A stretch of DNA of 64,000 bases from Octopus vulgaris (taxonomy: Eukaryota), in assembly GCA_951406725.2 (NCBI GenBank), contig OX597814.1, positions 186,930,001-186,994,000 on the forward strand, written 5' to 3'. The notes beneath the pieces are model-generated. The model was not told the DNA's origin. It made no database searches and was given only the letters and a program-made list of their open reading frames with translations. Below are positions 62,253-64,000 of the stretch, in pieces (the first letter of the stretch is position 1; the number at the start of each line of letters is the position of its first letter). A program made the translations under genes and the position numbers.

Positions 62253-62337
62253 TTTAGTACAATTGTTTCATACTATAACAATTTATTAAAGCTGCAAATA
62301 TTACAGTAAATATAATGTTAAGTAATCTTCAGCTAAA
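62253..62337 (-). ncRNA. type I hammerhead motif with long stem II
   Basis: TTTAG CTGAAGA TTAC...GTAT GAAA CAATT GTA CTAAA; palindromic stem III ACAATTGT. Confidence 0.6.
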
Positions 62338-62456
62338 TTTCATATAGGTTTTCCAAACATCTTAGAGAGTGTAAATATACTTATAAAGTTATAGATGTGA
62401 GCTCCAGGAACTTGAAGCAAGATTCCAAGTAGACCATATATATATATATATATACA

Positions 62457-62590
62457 AAACTCCGAAACTCAGAGTTATATCATGGCTACCGAATAAGTGT
62501 CACATATTACATTTATAGATAAATTCCTCTATTTATATAATACCAAGGTCTCTTTCTTTCTTTTGTTGTCTTACCATTTCTATCAATACA
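62457..62590 (+). mobile_element. PLE-type terminal remnant (family of 22825 and 41755)
   Basis: CCGAAACTCAGAGTT ATATCATGGCTACCGAATAAG... Confidence 0.55.
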
Positions 62591-63774
62591 TGCATATATA
62601 TGTTTATATTTATATACTTATTTACTAAGCCGAAACTCAAAATTCAACCACACTAGCTTCCCACATCAATAAATTAAAAATGCACAATAAAGAATTCAGT
62701 CTAGATTGGTGAATAATAATGGAAACCACACCAATTTATGCATCAAGGAGGCAATCCACACAATCCATGCCAACAAAAATAGCATGCTTAACAACATTAT
62801 CTGATGTCATAATTACCTGTAGACATAAATATCTCTCAACTTTTAAATTCTTCCCCCAAAATAATTAGCCAATAAGATCCTAATCTAGCCAGACTTCATA
62901 TTATGGAATCTTCTTAAAATACTGTTATATATAGCATCATATCGTACCTTAACCTGTAATTTTAATTTTAATTATATCATTTGTATGAAGAGTATGGTTC
63001 AACTAAACATATGTTTTTTAAAAATTCTCCAGCTTCTCATATCTCTTAAAATTTTAACAACTCTTTGAATCCCTTAACTCTGATGGGAGAAGTATAGAGT
63101 ATAGATAACTACTATGGTTGGAGTTAGCTTGCCCACATCAACCTATATCTTCTTGAAACAGCCGTAAAATTTTGTATTTATTCAGGATTCCTAATGAATC
63201 ATCTTATAGTAACTTTCTTATCTACCCTCCTCATTGATTATAATACGGACATTTGGACCTCGCAAGTACATATATGTATTTATATTTATGTATTTATATA
63301 TTTATAAATTTTTATGTTTTTAAATTTTTATATATTTATGAATTTTTATATATTTATAAATCTTCGTATGTTTATATGCATTTATTAATTCTTATAAATT
63401 TTTATCATGGCTCATATATGTGAACACATCTATGTATACTGTATATTGTGGAGAATTTTGATAATTTGAAATGGATTGAATGAACATAGATACACCGACC
63501 CCTGAAATTTGCTTCGCTCCTTAATTTTATATTCCTGAAGCTCCATTAGAGCGCTAATTGGATGTGCTGTATACAGTGGATAACTATACCATTTACTCTT
63601 TCATTATATATTCATATTTATATATATATATATATATATATTTATTTTTATGTATATATATAAATCAATAAATGGTGGGGTTGTGTTGACCGCACGTGAA
63701 GAAATGATAGGAGAGGAAAAATTTTATAAATTTTCCTCTCCTATATATATATATGTCTATCTATATATTTATAT

Positions 63775-63817
<43 letters not shown>

Positions 63818-63879
63818 GTGTGTATGTGTGTGTGTATATCTATCTATCTATTTCTCTCTTTCACTCTATATATATGTAT

Positions 63880-64000
63880 GTATATGGAGATGTGTCGATG
63901 CATGCTGCAAACAAAGGGTAAGGTGGAGAGGAGCTTCAGCCTGGGTCCTCAAAAGCAAGGTACATAGGTATAAAATCTTCTGGGAAGATAACAGTGATGT
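63880..64000 (+). mobile_element. RTE endonuclease fragment running off the window
   Basis: Similar to 24170-24280 (GTAAGGTGGAGAGGAG ... CATAGGTATAA.AT.TTCTGGG). Confidence 0.7.

Noticed and set aside
63520-63580. Additional hammerhead in a possible PLE remnant
   Set aside because: Core too degenerate (no GAAA).

Overview
AT-rich, microsatellite-laden eukaryotic DNA made almost entirely of transposable elements. The SINE families and repeat landscape point to an octopus genome (inference). No host protein-coding gene is recognisable, and most short predicted ORFs are (TA)n/(CA)n artefacts. Main contents: (1) an intact, compact Ty3/Gypsy LTR retrotransposon (25189-29427, minus) inserted with a CCTCT TSD into an RTE LINE; (2) RTE LINEs, one family with a PHD-type finger inside the RT and a hairpin-array 3' UTR; (3) a Neptune-type Penelope-like element (PLE) plus many PLE remnants with minimal hammerhead ribozymes and foldback ends; (4) Tc1/mariner elements, Helitrons and several tRNA-derived SINE families, often nested. 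Top candidate for an undescribed mechanism: the Gypsy primer-binding site is complementary to the first 12 nt of tRNA-Phe (GCCGAAAUAGCU), not to a tRNA 3' end, which suggests priming by a 5' tRNA fragment. All alignments and folds were done by eye; boundaries of decayed elements are approximate.
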